A DNA stretch of 64,000 bases, taken from Proteromonas lacertae. Taxonomy: Eukaryota. Where the stretch lies: positions 1 through 64,000 of the forward strand of contig NGBS01000009.1 of assembly GCA_002245135.1 (NCBI GenBank), in the 5' to 3' direction. Below, piece after piece: positions 1-14,406 of the stretch; within the stretch, counting starts at the first letter, position 1; every line of letters begins with the position of its first letter. The notes beneath the pieces were generated by a model, which was given only the letters and a program-made list of their open reading frames with translations, was not told the DNA's origin and searched no databases. The translations under genes were made by a program, and so were the position numbers.

Positions 1-10
1 CGTTGTGCTA

Positions 11-3000
11 TTATATTTGTAACATTTGTTGTAGTTGTTGTGGTGTTGCTGTGTCTGCATTTGTTTCATAATCAGTTCTTCCAGTTGGTTTACTTCCTGG
101 TGGAGATAATGGCCTGATTTTATTGGCTAAATGAATTGATGAATATACATCCTTTTTCATTCCTTCTTTTTCTTTATTACTACTATTATCTGAAGATGGT
201 TTCATTGATGAATATTCTCTTACTATTTTATAGAATTTTGGAGTTATTATAATCAATGTTATTCCAATATTAATCAACACTATTCCTATACTCTCTAATA
301 AGAATTTAGCTGCTGGAGATGATGTTAATGTCATTCAATAGCGAAGTATAGAACAAAACACACAAATAAACATCCAATACATGCTGTTAATGTGTTTGAA
401 TCATTATAATCATCAACACAATTTCTAGTTGTATAGGAATAGTATAAACCTAATACAAAGATAAATAATAGGAATATAAAAAACACTGCATCATATACAA
501 CTGATCTATTACATGTTGGAATATAATATGAAACTAAATAATTACCTTCATCTGTTGAAATTTTTTCTTCATATTTCGAGAATGGATATATTAATCCCCA
601 TATTAATGATAATACCACAAATATTGATAAATAAAAAACAATCTCATAAATACTTCTCATTATTTATTCTTAACCTTTTCATATCTCTATTGTTATAAAC
701 TGCATGAATTCTCCAAGTTCTTAACACAATTATACAAGAGTAATTCAATAATAATAGATAAAAGATTGCTTGAAATACCATACACGTTCCATCACTATAT
801 TGAGATATATTCATTGGAATGATTGACCATAATATTGTACCACTGAATAAGAAATATATTACAAATGTATGACTTGCTGCTCTTATTATTTTGAATCTTC
901 TGAATTTAATTATAAATCCAATTACTATATAAATTGCTATTGAAACTAGTACCATTACTACTATCACAGCTATTAAACTATCACTTGTAATTCATATCTT
1001 AATAATAATGGTCCAACATTACATTCTGCTACATCACCATAATAAACTTCTGGATGTTTCATTACAGTAAATTTCGTATCATCAACCAATACTGGTATTC
1101 CTGACATACTTAATTCGGCTAATTTATTACTTGAATAAATTGATTTGTTACTGTTCCTTGTTTTTCCTGAGGATGTATCTATTAATATTAATTGACTAGC
1201 TCTTCGAATATAATCTAAGGAAACTACATTATCATTCACATCTAAACCATCAGATTTCATCAGATTTCTACTTTGAGTATATGAATTAATGAATATTTTG
1301 TAAATACTTTCAAAATCAGATATTGACTGAGATATAACATCAATTTTACCAACATTAGTATTTACATAGTTTTGGAAATTAATTGAGTTTATATTGGTAT
1401 TATCATTCAAATATGTTCTAGTTATTATATTTCCATACAATCTTGGCATTTTATCTGTTCCTAATTCATATTCATCAACATAATAAATAATTTGAAGTGC
1501 TCTAATATAAGATATTTGATTGATGTAAATAAAATCTTCAAAAATGTTAATTCATTACCATTTAATGAGTTTAAAATTAGTATTGTATCATTCCTTATAA
1601 ATTCTTTTATAAACATTACTGTTTCATTTATTAGTTTAGTTCTTTCACTATTTTCTATACCATCAAATACAGGAATTACATATGTTTTAACAATTACACT
1701 ATCTTCAATATATTCTTTTACATTTTTAGTTATATAAGCTATCAAATCATCCATATATCCACTTACAACCATACTTCTTGTATTAATAACATTATATTCT
1801 TAAATCCTAATCTTTGACTGAATTTCAATGATGGTCAATTCTACTCTTCATTGATGCAGAAATAAAGAATATATATTTATTACATATTGGCGGATATACA
1901 AATACAGTCGAATAAATCAATTTGTATTGATTTTTCTTTCATAATTGAGTAATAAATATCTAATCACATCCATAGAATTTGATGTAAATAATATCTTATA
2001 TTCATTGTTAACTTCAAACAAATTATCAAACACTAACTTGTCCTTATTTTCATCATTATAATATGGAAATACTTTAAATTCAATATGAACATTTGTTGAA
2101 AATTGAACTTGTTATTATCTCTAATTAATGAATCTATTAATATAATAATATATGTGATAATTTCTTCTGTTTTTCTTTAGAATAATCAAGCAATAATCCT
2201 ACTTTAACATTTACCTCTCTCGTTGTACATTTCTCAATATATTTATCATAATCTCTTGGTGCTAATTGATTAGTTACATCAATAATTCTTTTTCATTTCA
2301 TACTCACAGTTAAATTCTGTATGGAAATAATACCTTTGAATGTATAAATCACCTCCTAAATACATCGTTACTCCACTGTTAGAATATTGATGATTTATCA
2401 ACTGAGTGATATAATCTCTCGAAGTATAACTAGATAATAATAAATTTTTATCATTATTACTAGTGAATCTGTTTAAAACTAACTCTAACATCTTAAATGC
2501 TGAAAATATATCTTCTGTTGAAGAAGAATAGTAATTATCATAAGGGAAATAATCTTTACAATATTTTTGAAATGTTTTTGTTCCATTTGATAAGAATGAA
2601 TATGAAGAATTCTGTAATGCTGGTGTATAGGTTACTATTGATTTTACATCACATAAATATTTTTTATAAGAACCATGATTTGGTATTTCCATTAATGAAA
2701 ACATATTGTATATAATTATATCTTTTATTTTTGTCAATAATCCTTTCATATATATACTTATATTCTTCTCCAACATCATTTTTATATATTGAAACAATTA
2801 TATAACACTTATTCTTAGATGATTTACAATAATCATAAATACTATTATATAACTTTTTTTCTCACTCTCATCTTTATATAACTCATCATATACATTGAAT
2901 TGTTGATAATAAAGGTTTGAATCATTCAAACTTTTATCAATATGATCTATTAACAATTTAGACATGGGTGAATAATTATATAATATAATCACATCATTAG

Positions 3001-6000
3001 ATTCTCTTATAAATGATCTTTCATGTAAATATGAAATAATTGCTAATGAATTAGTCATATGAATGATATTATCTCTACATACTATTTGAGTATCATATCC
3101 AACTGTTAAATATAGTGTATCATTATAAAGATTAAGTTTGGAAACATCAAAAAATCCAAAAGATGTAAATACTATATTAATCTTATTCTTATGCATTTCA
3201 TCTAAATACTTTTGTAGTTCATTTACATCTCTCTTTTTCATATTATGTGATTTTACAGCTAAATATGTATTACTACTGAATGAATTTACATCATTATAAT
3301 CATCTACTAGTTTGACTAACATATAAACCGTTGAATTCCATTATAATAATCTTCAATAGTTAATGGTAATATCAAACCAATGTAATATAAATTCAATTCT
3401 TTATTACCTGAATGACTATTCATATCATCATTCCACATACAAGCTGTAAGTTTATTATTATTTCCATTATTAACACCATCAAAGTCATAATTATCATCCA
3501 TACTAAATAATAAAGCTGCATTTGGTGAAAATGAATATTCTATCAATTCTCCATTGAATTCATAATAAGACATTGTAATTGATTTTGTCAAATAATTGTT
3601 TCTTTGCATATATATTGCATTTCTATTATCCATTCCTTCATTTTCATAAGAATAACACTTAAAATTATATACATGTTCTCTAAAATGTTTATCATTTGGG
3701 GTTAATTGCCATATTCTTTCAAATTCGTACCAGAAATATAATATGTTCAATTCTGATACAACATCTCTACTAAGTTCTTTATCCAGCAATAATGAAGTAT
3801 AATCAAAATCATACAATACTTTGGAAATATAATTTTCTAAATCATCATCATTATTAGAGTCATATTTATAGTTATTCTTCTTACTACTAAACTTTCCATT
3901 CAAATTCCAGAAATGAGGTAAATATTTATATTTCATTGGTTTATTTTCAGGATGTTGAGACATATAAAATATATTATTTACATCTATTGAATTGGTTGTT
4001 AATAGTGTATTATTTATATAATCAGAATGTAATCTAAATCTTCAATATCACTTGAATCCATCATTATTGCAACTTTATAGTCAATAGATTTTTCTAATAT
4101 TCCATTCAATTCATTCTTACTTTCTTTAATATCATCAAATGTCATTGAATATATTTCTGGAATTAATAAATACTGTCCTGTCTTCTCAAATATTGATGTA
4201 ATTTTAACATAATCATTATCATGAATCACTACTAATATGAAATATCTAAATATATTATAAAATGTTTCTAAAACAACAGGAACATTACTCTTTGGCACAA
4301 ATGAACCATGATAACATTTTCAAAACAAAATGTCTCATTTACTTCATTGATTATTGTCACTTTGAAGTTTTTTTCCTTCCACCCAAATTGATAAACTTTT
4401 TCAAACATTCACTTGGTAAGTATAAATAAACAGTTGAATCATATTTGAATTGTTTAATTATATTCTCGAAATCATCACATTCTGATTCAGTTCTTAATAA
4501 ATAGCTTCTTATATCAAAATAATCGTTTGTGTCTTTTCCTAATATATTAAATCGTTCTTTAATTGGCATGGAACATTCCATAAATTTCATAATCTTTGTC
4601 ACTTCTAATCATTATTACTGTTTCTATTACAATTACTGGAACAGTATAAATATATTCTTCTTTTGTAAAATCACACATTTTCCCTTGGTTCAATTCCCAA
4701 TTAAATGCATATGGATATTCATTGAAATAATACCTCTTTAATATTTCAACTGTATTATTTGCATATACTCTAGCCAATTGATAATAATTGAAAATGTTAT
4801 TATTTGATGCTAATTGAGTTATTCCTTCATGACTATCAAAATCAGAATAATAAATACTTGATAAATTGAATTGAGTTATTTCATTGTTTCTATTCATAAC
4901 TATATCTGAATCTTTCATTTTTTGGAATAATTTATTTAGTATTATAAATGCCATAAATATATTTGACATTTGATTGAATGGTTCAGATATCATTGAGTAT
5001 TCATATAAGTACTTTAGAAACACTTTGTTCATATCACCTTCTTCATTATTCTTATTAAAATAACCACCTATTATATCAATTCTATCTTTCAAATAGAATG
5101 GCATTGTTTTAACATTCTTTTCTGTTAGTAATAATGCTATTATTCCCCACTTATCTCTATCCAAATTTCTTATATAAAACTCATATAAAACTGATTGAGA
5201 ATCTCCTAAATCTGTTGCTAAAAATATTACTCCAGCAAATTCCTCTATTACTCTCATTGAATCATTCATTTCTGTTGCATTTGACACATCAACACTAATT
5301 GATGGAGATGGACGATCTAGTCTGTCTTTTAACAATTTCTCCAATATATTCTTTACATCAATCGTTGATTGATCATTTGAATTATAAAATATATATGATA
5401 TATTAGTAAGATATCCATTCAATGCATAGTAATACATTGAATTGAAATAATATTGACTTGGAACTCCAGATGTTATAATTACGTTCTTATAACATATTTC
5501 GCCAGTTACTGGTGTAGTAATAAAATATAATATATCTTTATGATCATCTTTTATCTTATTGATTATTATCTTCATACATTCTTTTGAATTACCACTTATA
5601 ACTATCTTAAATCCTTCTTCTATCGCTTGATCAATTAATGATTCACATGTTGTTGTTGGTGAACTTTCTATATCAAATAACTTGTAAGAGATTTGATAGT
5701 TTTCATTTTCATTCTGTACATAATTATATCCTGCAATGGCAGATAGATAATTTGAAATATCATAGTAATTATCATTATGACTAATAGAAAATACCAAAGC
5801 AATTTTTATTTTCGGTACTTTTGTAACTCCTTCAATATTATCCAATATTCTATTCTTTGTATGTTCTACAATCGGTTGTAAATCACTAACTTCACATCTT
5901 TTACCACTGTATGGAGGAAATGGTTCAGATTTAACTGGCGATGAAGATTTAAATACAGTTTTAAACTTCAATGTAACATTATCACTTTTATCAACTTCTT

Positions 6001-9000
6001 CTAATTTTATGAAATAGAAATATCCTTGAAAATAATGATTCTTTCCTATATAAATCTACTCCAGCTGGTGTTACAATAGGAATCTTATAAAATGTATAAA
6101 TCAATTCACTAACTTCATTACTGTGTATTGTATGTGTCGAATATCTTAAGAACAATGGTATAGTATATAAATTATAAGTTAATCTAGATAGAGTTATATT
6201 TTTACCATATTTGTCATAATATCTATTCAATATTTCATAAGTTATTGAATTATCTTCTCCTTCTTCTTTAGCTTCAGTTGGATTAAAGATTGTGAAGAAA
6301 TAAGTATCTATTGTTGGTTGTACTTTATCACTTGCATCAAATGTGATTAAACCTGGATCAATATTTAAACATATAATTTTGCTTGAACTTCCAACCACAT
6401 TATAAGAATATAACTCTGTTAATAATGAACTAATTTGATTTGGAGATACAATTGTAACAATACAACTATTGTGACTTAAATATTGATTTAATGAACTTAA
6501 TATATTATAATATTGACTAGTATTATCACTAATTGCCAGTTTATAACTAATTTCCATTCCATTTTCTACAAACATATTCTCATATATTTCTAACAAAGTT
6601 TTATGTTTTTGAGTAACACTATATAACATTAATATATTCTCACAATTATTGATCATATATGATAGTCCAGGTTTCATTGACTCATAGATACTTCCACCAT
6701 AGAATAATATATTATTATTATTACATTTTGCTATATATGTATTACTTGCTACAATTAACAATATTGAATTATCATTTTCAATTTCATTCGATATTATTGT
6801 TATTAATGGATCACTTAAATAACCAATAAATATTCTAACACCTAAATCCATCAACTGTCTGAATGATATGATGAAATCTGTTTCATTTGTGTTGGATGTA
6901 TATGTTAATGATTTATAACTAGCTGTAACTCCTAATATACCTCCATATTTGTTGTTTATATTATCAATTCCACTTTCAAAGGATGTTTTTACCATTTCTC
7001 TTTCAATTCCAAATGTTTCATCATGTATTAAACCTAATGTGAATAAATTGATGGGTCTTAAATCTGGTTCATTTTCTTCAGTGAAATTACAATAATTTCT
7101 CATCACATTTGAATCAACATATAATATGTTTGATGTTTTAGTTGTTGAAACATAGCTAATTACATTAAACTGACTAATCTTTACTACAACTGAAGGTAAA
7201 CGTTCATACAGATTAGATTTCATAGAATTAATTCCACTTACAGTATCAAATTGTGTAGTTAAGCATTGTTCTTTGTAGTGTATATAAATCATATGGATTA
7301 TGAGATGTGATCTGATCATGGAAATTGAAAAATGCATCAGCTGCTAATAACTCATATATATAAAATATCTTATCTTTTCTATAAATTGTATGATATATAT
7401 TATCAAACAAATTACTTCGTTCTGTAGATAAGAAGAAATCAAATATTGTGTAAAAATAAATATTGTAATTTCTAGCGGATATAGCATTATCATTAAAGAA
7501 CGATGTTAATGCATAGAATTGATAATTTCCTCCTAATTGCATAGTAGAAAAAACATTCATAATTTGATTGGTTTTTTCTGCAATATTATATGTATTAAAT
7601 ACTATAATATTACCACCTGTTGGCATAAATGAATATATTTCTTTGATTATATTATCTATTGAAGCAGTATTATTTTCAATATCAATATATATTACATTTT
7701 CAGAAAATGAAATTGATTCTTTTATATTGTTAATGATTTTCACTTTATTTGGTATATCACTATGTAGAATTACTAATTTTCGATTTGTAGTATGAACAAA
7801 GTTATACATTGTTGTAATCAACAAATCATTTGCAGAATATGTAAATACTCTTGGACTACATTTCTCCAATGAATAATAATATCCAATATACCACAATTGC
7901 ATATCATATTGATCTAATTTCTTAACAATATGATCCATCATAACTCCTCCTAATACTCCAAACACATGTTTGATATTATATTTAGTATGAAATTCTTCAA
8001 ATATTTGACTTATCTCTTCTTCTGTATTTGCATGTTTTACTATTCCTTCATATTGAAATTTTGTATCAGCAACATTATTAAAATAAGTTCCCAGTGCATA
8101 TATTATCCTAGAAACCATTCCAGATTCATATTTTAACTTTTCACATCTTACAAACAACATACCAAACCTTACTTTAATTCTATTGGTGATGAATTCGTTT
8201 GTAACATTACTGTTTGAAGCAGATGAAGTAGAAGAAGTTGTCAATATTGTATCATATTTACTACAATCACAAACTTGACTATTTTCCTCAATAAACATTA
8301 TTGCAGGTAATGGATATTTAAAACTACTTGTAGGAAAAAAGTTATTATCACCATTTAAATCTACATATATTATCATAACAGTCAAATAATGAGATAATTG
8401 GTTACTAATTGAAAATGTCAATGGAGTATCTAAACCGATATTTAATTCAGTTTTTCTCATATTTATATCACAATTCTTTTCTTCTAAACAATTTGAATTC
8501 ATATTTATCGATAAAGTCAACATTGATTGTGCATAAAATAATGGATATAATAGATAATTATAATCATAATAAATATCTTCAAATTCTGTAATACGATCTA
8601 AAACAACATTAACAAACTTTGATTCACTTTCTTTTATATGATCTGAAATAAACATAAAATTATCTAATTTTGGATTATGTATTGTTTTAAGGCTTTTAAA
8701 CTTCATTAATGATGGTGTATATGAAGGAAATGGAAGTCTTGATGATTGAAATTCTGCTCCAACTTCTAATATTTTTTTATCATCATCTAAATTCACTAAT
8801 ATTCCACAATTACCATCTGGAAATTGAGTTTTTATATCTATAAATATATCACTTATTGATTTTGTATTGATTGAAGTTCTAACTACTTTCATATCTGTTT
8901 GATCTAACTTCTTCAGTGTTTTTATTATGTATTTATACATTTCATCATCATTCTCATCGTCTATATCAGTTATTATGTAAAAACTTTTCAATTTTGAGTC

Positions 9001-10133
9001 TAAAGCATAATAGATTACAGGAAAATAGAGTTGAATCAAATTGAAGTTTGTATAGAATAGATATGGTGAACAATCATTTTTCTCATTCAAATACAAATCA
9101 AATGTTATTATTTTCTTTCTACTGGTTATTTCTATCAGTTTCTTCATCTTCATGTAATTATCACCAGCTAAGAATGCGATTGGATTATATTTCTCTATTA
9201 ATTTTTCCACTTGAGTCTTTAACTTCTCAGGATTATTACTCAATTGATATTCTATTACTCTATATCTATACTTAGTATCATAAAACGAAACAGACATTAA
9301 ATTAGTCACTGTAAATAATGAATTCATTAACAATCGAGGAATTGTTTCAAATATACTGATTATTACTATAGTTTTACCTTCTTTTGTATAATTACTATTA
9401 TATTTACTCCAATCACATACACAATTCTCATTTACTGTTGATGAAGTGTGAGGAACTGGAAACCATTCATAATTGTAAATTATCTTCTTTATTTCTTGAA
9501 TAATGGTAAAATCTTTTGGATCAACTGTCTTGCATAATTTTGTTATTAATTGTAATGTATTTTCTCTTGTATATTGTACTTTATATTCTTCGCTGTAAAT
9601 ATCTAACGATGGTAAAATAGATAGAATATTATCAGGTGTTATTGATGTTAAAGTAGTGAATATTTGATATGCAATCTGAGTAGATAAATATGCAAAATAT
9701 GCAATTTCAGTCATCAAGTTGTTTGGACTTATTATTTTGTATGTATCACATATATGATTATTATTTCCACATTTACCATCAAAATACATTATAGTGTAAA
9801 AATCTTTCCACTATTAAAATATAACATATATAATATATATAAATACAGAATTATCATCAACATAATCAATATAAGATAATCCCATTATATAAACTTTAAA
9901 TTGATTTTCACTATATCCTTTACGACTGTATTGTTTCATAAATTCAGATGAATATGGTGGAGCTGTTATTGATATAATTAATATATTATTCTTTGTCTTA
10001 TATCCATCGATTGTTGTGATAATACTTTGAACAGAATTCTGAATATTATCCAACTGAATTATTAAAGATTCTAACAGAGTATTATTCTGTTTGATTGTAT
10101 TTTCTGCATATGTTTTAAGTGTTTTTGCAGCTC

Positions 10134-10168
<35 letters not shown>

Positions 10169-11723
10169 TTTATACTCAGTTTTTGCAGTAATTAATATCA
10201 CATCTTTCCTATCATTTTCCAAATTCAACATCAAATTTAAGATTGATGGAACAGTTAAACCTGTATTAAATACTCTTGGATGACAATACAAACCTGAAAG
10301 ATATCCGATATTGAAAATGACAGGTAAATCATCATGATTTTCATGATAGATATCTAATTGAGGTATATCTTTGTTTATAATATTTCCATGTGAATAATAA
10401 ATAATAACCTTTATTTTATTCTCTACATAATAATCATATTGTTCAGCAGGAGTATGTGAGTAATTTGAATCTACCAGTAATATCAGCCTTTTATTACCAA
10501 CTTTCTCAAGATTATTTGCATTTGCAGATATATATACACTGTTGAATATGGGAATGATATATTCAGCTTTCAATGACCTATCAGTAATTAATCCTATAAA
10601 AAAAACATCTTCTACCTCTAATTCACCTATTTCATTACATCTATTCTGATCTATTACACTAAAATCGTCATATGCCTCTAAAGGAAAGTAATTTCTGAAA
10701 TTGTGTATAAATTTGATATCTCCATTTGCTTGCACCTCTCCTAAATAGGAACTTCGCATAAAATATTGATTTGTATATAAATATATAAGATCCTCTGAAA
10801 CATATGCATTTATTCTTTTAAATGTCATATTTTGAATAAAAACCGATACAGGTACTTTGTATAAACTATCTATACACTGTAAAATCATTTTCAGGAATAT
10901 TCCACTGATATACAATGAATCAGTTAAATATTCACCTGAAGCTAGATTTAATGCTGTTAAAAATGCTTGATTCTCAGGAGATGGATAATTCATCAAATAT
11001 CCTGAATATATATAAGCACCAGCGAATAGAGTAGTATCTTTGTGAGTAAGGTATTCATCAGCACTTAGAACAGCTATTTTATACCCTTTAGCAGCAACAT
11101 TGTATTGGTTAAAATATTGGACTATTTTTATCTGTTCATCATACTTTCTATAATAATCAGCAATTGTAATGGCAGTTGTTGTATGTTCTAAGTTCTTCAA
11201 ATATTTTTCAGCATCTGCAATCTCCATTCTATTGTTTAAAATCTTTATACCAAGCAGCGTGTAAGTTCTGACCAATCTATTATAATCATCTTCATTATTA
11301 GTCAATATAATTGATTTATATTCACTATTAACTATAAATGAGTTGGCTATGATAATAATAAAGAGATTAAAGCATACCTTGATAATCTAAATTTCTGATA
11401 TTGATTGAATTAATGAGATTAGGGTTACACATTGGTTCAATATATTGATTAGCGACGAATAAAATATTTGACGAGTTTGAAGTGTCTATTAGGCTTTCTT
11501 TTTGAGATAAAAGAATGTTTATCTTGTGTCGTGTAACTGGCTCATTATATACATACTCTAACTTATCACTAATATTAAGATAATCTGTTAATTTGAAGAA
11601 AACTGGCTGAAACTCTGCTTCCGTCATATAGGACTCTAATACTACATTAATAGTAAGTCTGTCACTCAAGGCGACTAAATGGCCATAAAATATAAATATT
11701 ATAATATATATCTTGTAGAACAT
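11..11723 (-). CDS. Giant class C (7tm_3, GABA-B/GRL-like) GPCR with ~9 tandem type-1 periplasmic-binding (UrtA/AmiC-like) domains; ~3,800 aa; 3 mini-introns near 5' end plus several frameshifts
   Basis: Signal peptide MFYKIYIIIFIFYGHLVALS. ORFs join via GT-AG introns (~11348-11378, ~10132-10171, ~9811-9846) and 1-nt frameshifts. C-terminal 7TM has class C motifs KFRRFKIIRAASHTF, C..F..LNYSCIIVLRTWRIHAVY, YYSYTTRNCVDDYNDSNTL. Ectodomain repeats carry GLYCHPRVFNTG / KNDCSPYLFYT / EKCSPRVFTYS and GAYIYSGYLMNYPSPENQAF. Confidence 0.85.
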
Positions 11724-12306
11724 CCTAATAACTGAAATTTATTTTTTGTAATGTTACCGTTTCAAAATTGTTCAATCACACCAATAAAGTTAATCATAGT
11801 TTAAAAAAATATATTTAACCAGTGTAATCTTAAATATTTATTTTTCATAATTCTGCTAAACAAAGCAATTATCAGGAAGTATTTATCATACACAGACTGT
11901 TGCTTTTTATCTATAATGTTAAATATCATACTATATATAATGCCAATTCATCTCTTTTATATTATCTATTGCGATTGTTAGACACTTACAGTTGTAATAA
12001 CTCTTACTCCTATTATAAATCTTTCTAGTAATTTGTATATCATTTTTATTCAATTATTGTGTTAAGAATACAATTACTCAAGTGTTTACATGATATTGTT
12101 CTTATAAATGTAAATATTATCTCAACTATAATCTGTAAATAATTGAATATCACATTAATGTTATTCAAAATAGCGAAAATACACTAATCTTACACTTCTA
12201 CACAAAATAGATTTAAAAATCTAAAATAATGCTTGAGTAAATCAAGCATTTTAATATATTTCGATTTTTCTCATGTTATAGATAATACATAAAGAATCAT
12301 TTGGAT

Positions 12307-14073
12307 GATGAAATGATATTGAAAATATTGGAATTGTATGATTTAATTAATAAAGAAGAGATTGGAGAATTAATAAAAGTGAGTGAAGAATATTTGAAAG
12401 AAAATGGATATAAATATTTGAATGATGGTATGAATTATATTGAAATTATTATTGAATAGAAAGATTGTTATATAAATTAAAGATAGAAAATTTAGAGACA
12501 ATATTAGAAAGTGAAAAACTGATAATCAAAAATGAGAATTGGTTATTAATTAGATTAATGAAATGGTATAGAAATGAAGAGAAGAAAATAAAAGAAGAAG
12601 AAGATAAGAAAGAATTGAATAAAGACTTCAAAATACTTTTATTAAAATCAATTCATTTTAAAAATCTAAACATAGGAGAAATAGAACAATCCCTATTGAA
12701 TGAATTGAAAATGATGGAAATGAATGAATATTTATTAGGAATGAAGAATAAAGTAAGTCATAAGAGTTTGAATATTGATATTAATGATGAAAGAACAGGT
12801 GATTTAGTATTGAAGTATTATAACAATGAAGAAGAAAGAATTGCAAGAAGAAGATTTGAGAGTGTTGAAGAATGAGAAAACAATCTCAATGTTATTAAAT
12901 AATGAAGATATAAAAATGAAAGAAATTGGATTATTAATAGTAATAGAAAGTGGAATTGTTTTTAAAAGTATTAATAAGTCTCTATAATTAAATTTTCATA
13001 GTATCTAGAAAATTGAAAAGAAATATATTTCTTCAATTAATAAATGAATACAATAGTATAGAAACTGGTAGAATAATAAAATGTTTATGTTTGTTTGTTG
13101 ATAATATAAAACACATATCTACAATAGAAGATATTTGTGGAAAAGAAATTCTTTTCAAATTATTAAACTATAGTTGTTATTATTCTAAACAGGTCAAAGA
13201 ACTAATAATTAGTTTTATTTATGAAATGAAATTTAACGAGGAAGAAAGAGGAGAGATGTTACAGCTAATAAACAAAGAAGAAATAAAAAAAGAAGTACTA
13301 TCAAAAAGAATAACATTTTTTGCATATTCTCAACCAGAGTATAAATTTTTATAAATGAAGAAGTATTAATATATCCAATATTTGATGGATCGAAATGTGA
13401 GTTTTCAATAACTCCTTCCTTACCTGATGGACTAAATATAGACAACAAAAAAGGAACAATTTATGGGAAAATGGATAAAGTTTTAGAAAAGAGAGAATAT
13501 GAAATAAGTTGTAAAAATATTCGAAATGAAAAGAAATTCAAAATATCAATACAAAATATTAATATAAAATTCACAGAATTATACAAAAGTAAAGGAATCT
13601 CTATATCTAGTAATGGAAATATAATTACGAATATACGACCCAAATTAGATGAATTTTGTTACTTAAATTTGAAAATGGAAAATGGAGTTTATCATATCAA
13701 ATATAAATTCTGTCTAAATCAATCATATTATGATAGGATCATTTTAGGTTTATCAACTAATAATACATATTCTGCTCATGATTTGTTAAATCAACCAACA
13801 ACATGCAATTATTTTGCATGTAAGCAAAAAAGTCAGGATATTATCTATTTTTGTTATATTGGAACAGTTGTTGCTTCAAATCCAAATTTCAATAATCATG
13901 GAGATGGTTCAATTTATGAAGTGATTGTTGATATGAATAAAAGAGAATTTTGGATTAGTCATAATAACTCACCTCCTGTTTTACTTGTAAAAGATTTACC
14001 TTCTCCATTATATCCTTATGCTTCAGTATGTACTACTGCAATTGAATTATTATCAGTTTCTCATCAATATTAA
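12307..14073 (+). CDS. BACK-like helical domain + putative Ig (He_PIG-like) domain + B30.2/SPRY-like domain protein; frameshifted, 5' end uncertain (possible pseudogene)
   Basis: LYKLKIENLETILESEKLIIKNENWLLIRLMKWY resembles BACK. FSITPSLPDGLNIDNKKGTIYG (~13400-13470) is a He_PIG-type motif. GDGSIYEVIVDMNKREFWISHN...LPSPLYPYAS is a SPRY-type C-terminus. Confidence 0.55.
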
Positions 14074-14406
14074 ATTAATTAAATTTTACGATTTTTATAA
14101 GTACAAACCAGTTCACCATAATTCACATCCTTATTAATTCGCTTATATCATTTTCCTACATATAAAATTAATCTAAATCATCTATAAATTGAATCAAATA
14201 TTCATTGAAAAAAGAATAAAATCAAAAAACATTAAACCATAATGAATGTTCTTTTCTTATATTTTTTAAATCAAACAGAGTAAAAATAATGCCATTTATA
14301 GATATATTTATGTTTTTTATATTTTTTAAAATACTATTTCAATCAATAAACATTTACTTAAATATAATTTAACAATAAAATAAACTATCTAAAAAATGAT
14401 GTTTAA

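Noticed and set aside
331..7337. Programmed frameshifting or RNA editing, or pseudogenisation, to explain many frameshifts in the GPCR
   Set aside because: Similar single-base indels also break conserved genes across the window (e.g. ~31703, ~36580, ~38825, ~54630), often at short homopolymers, so assembly error is the simplest explanation. Pseudogene status of the GPCR cannot be fully excluded without reads.
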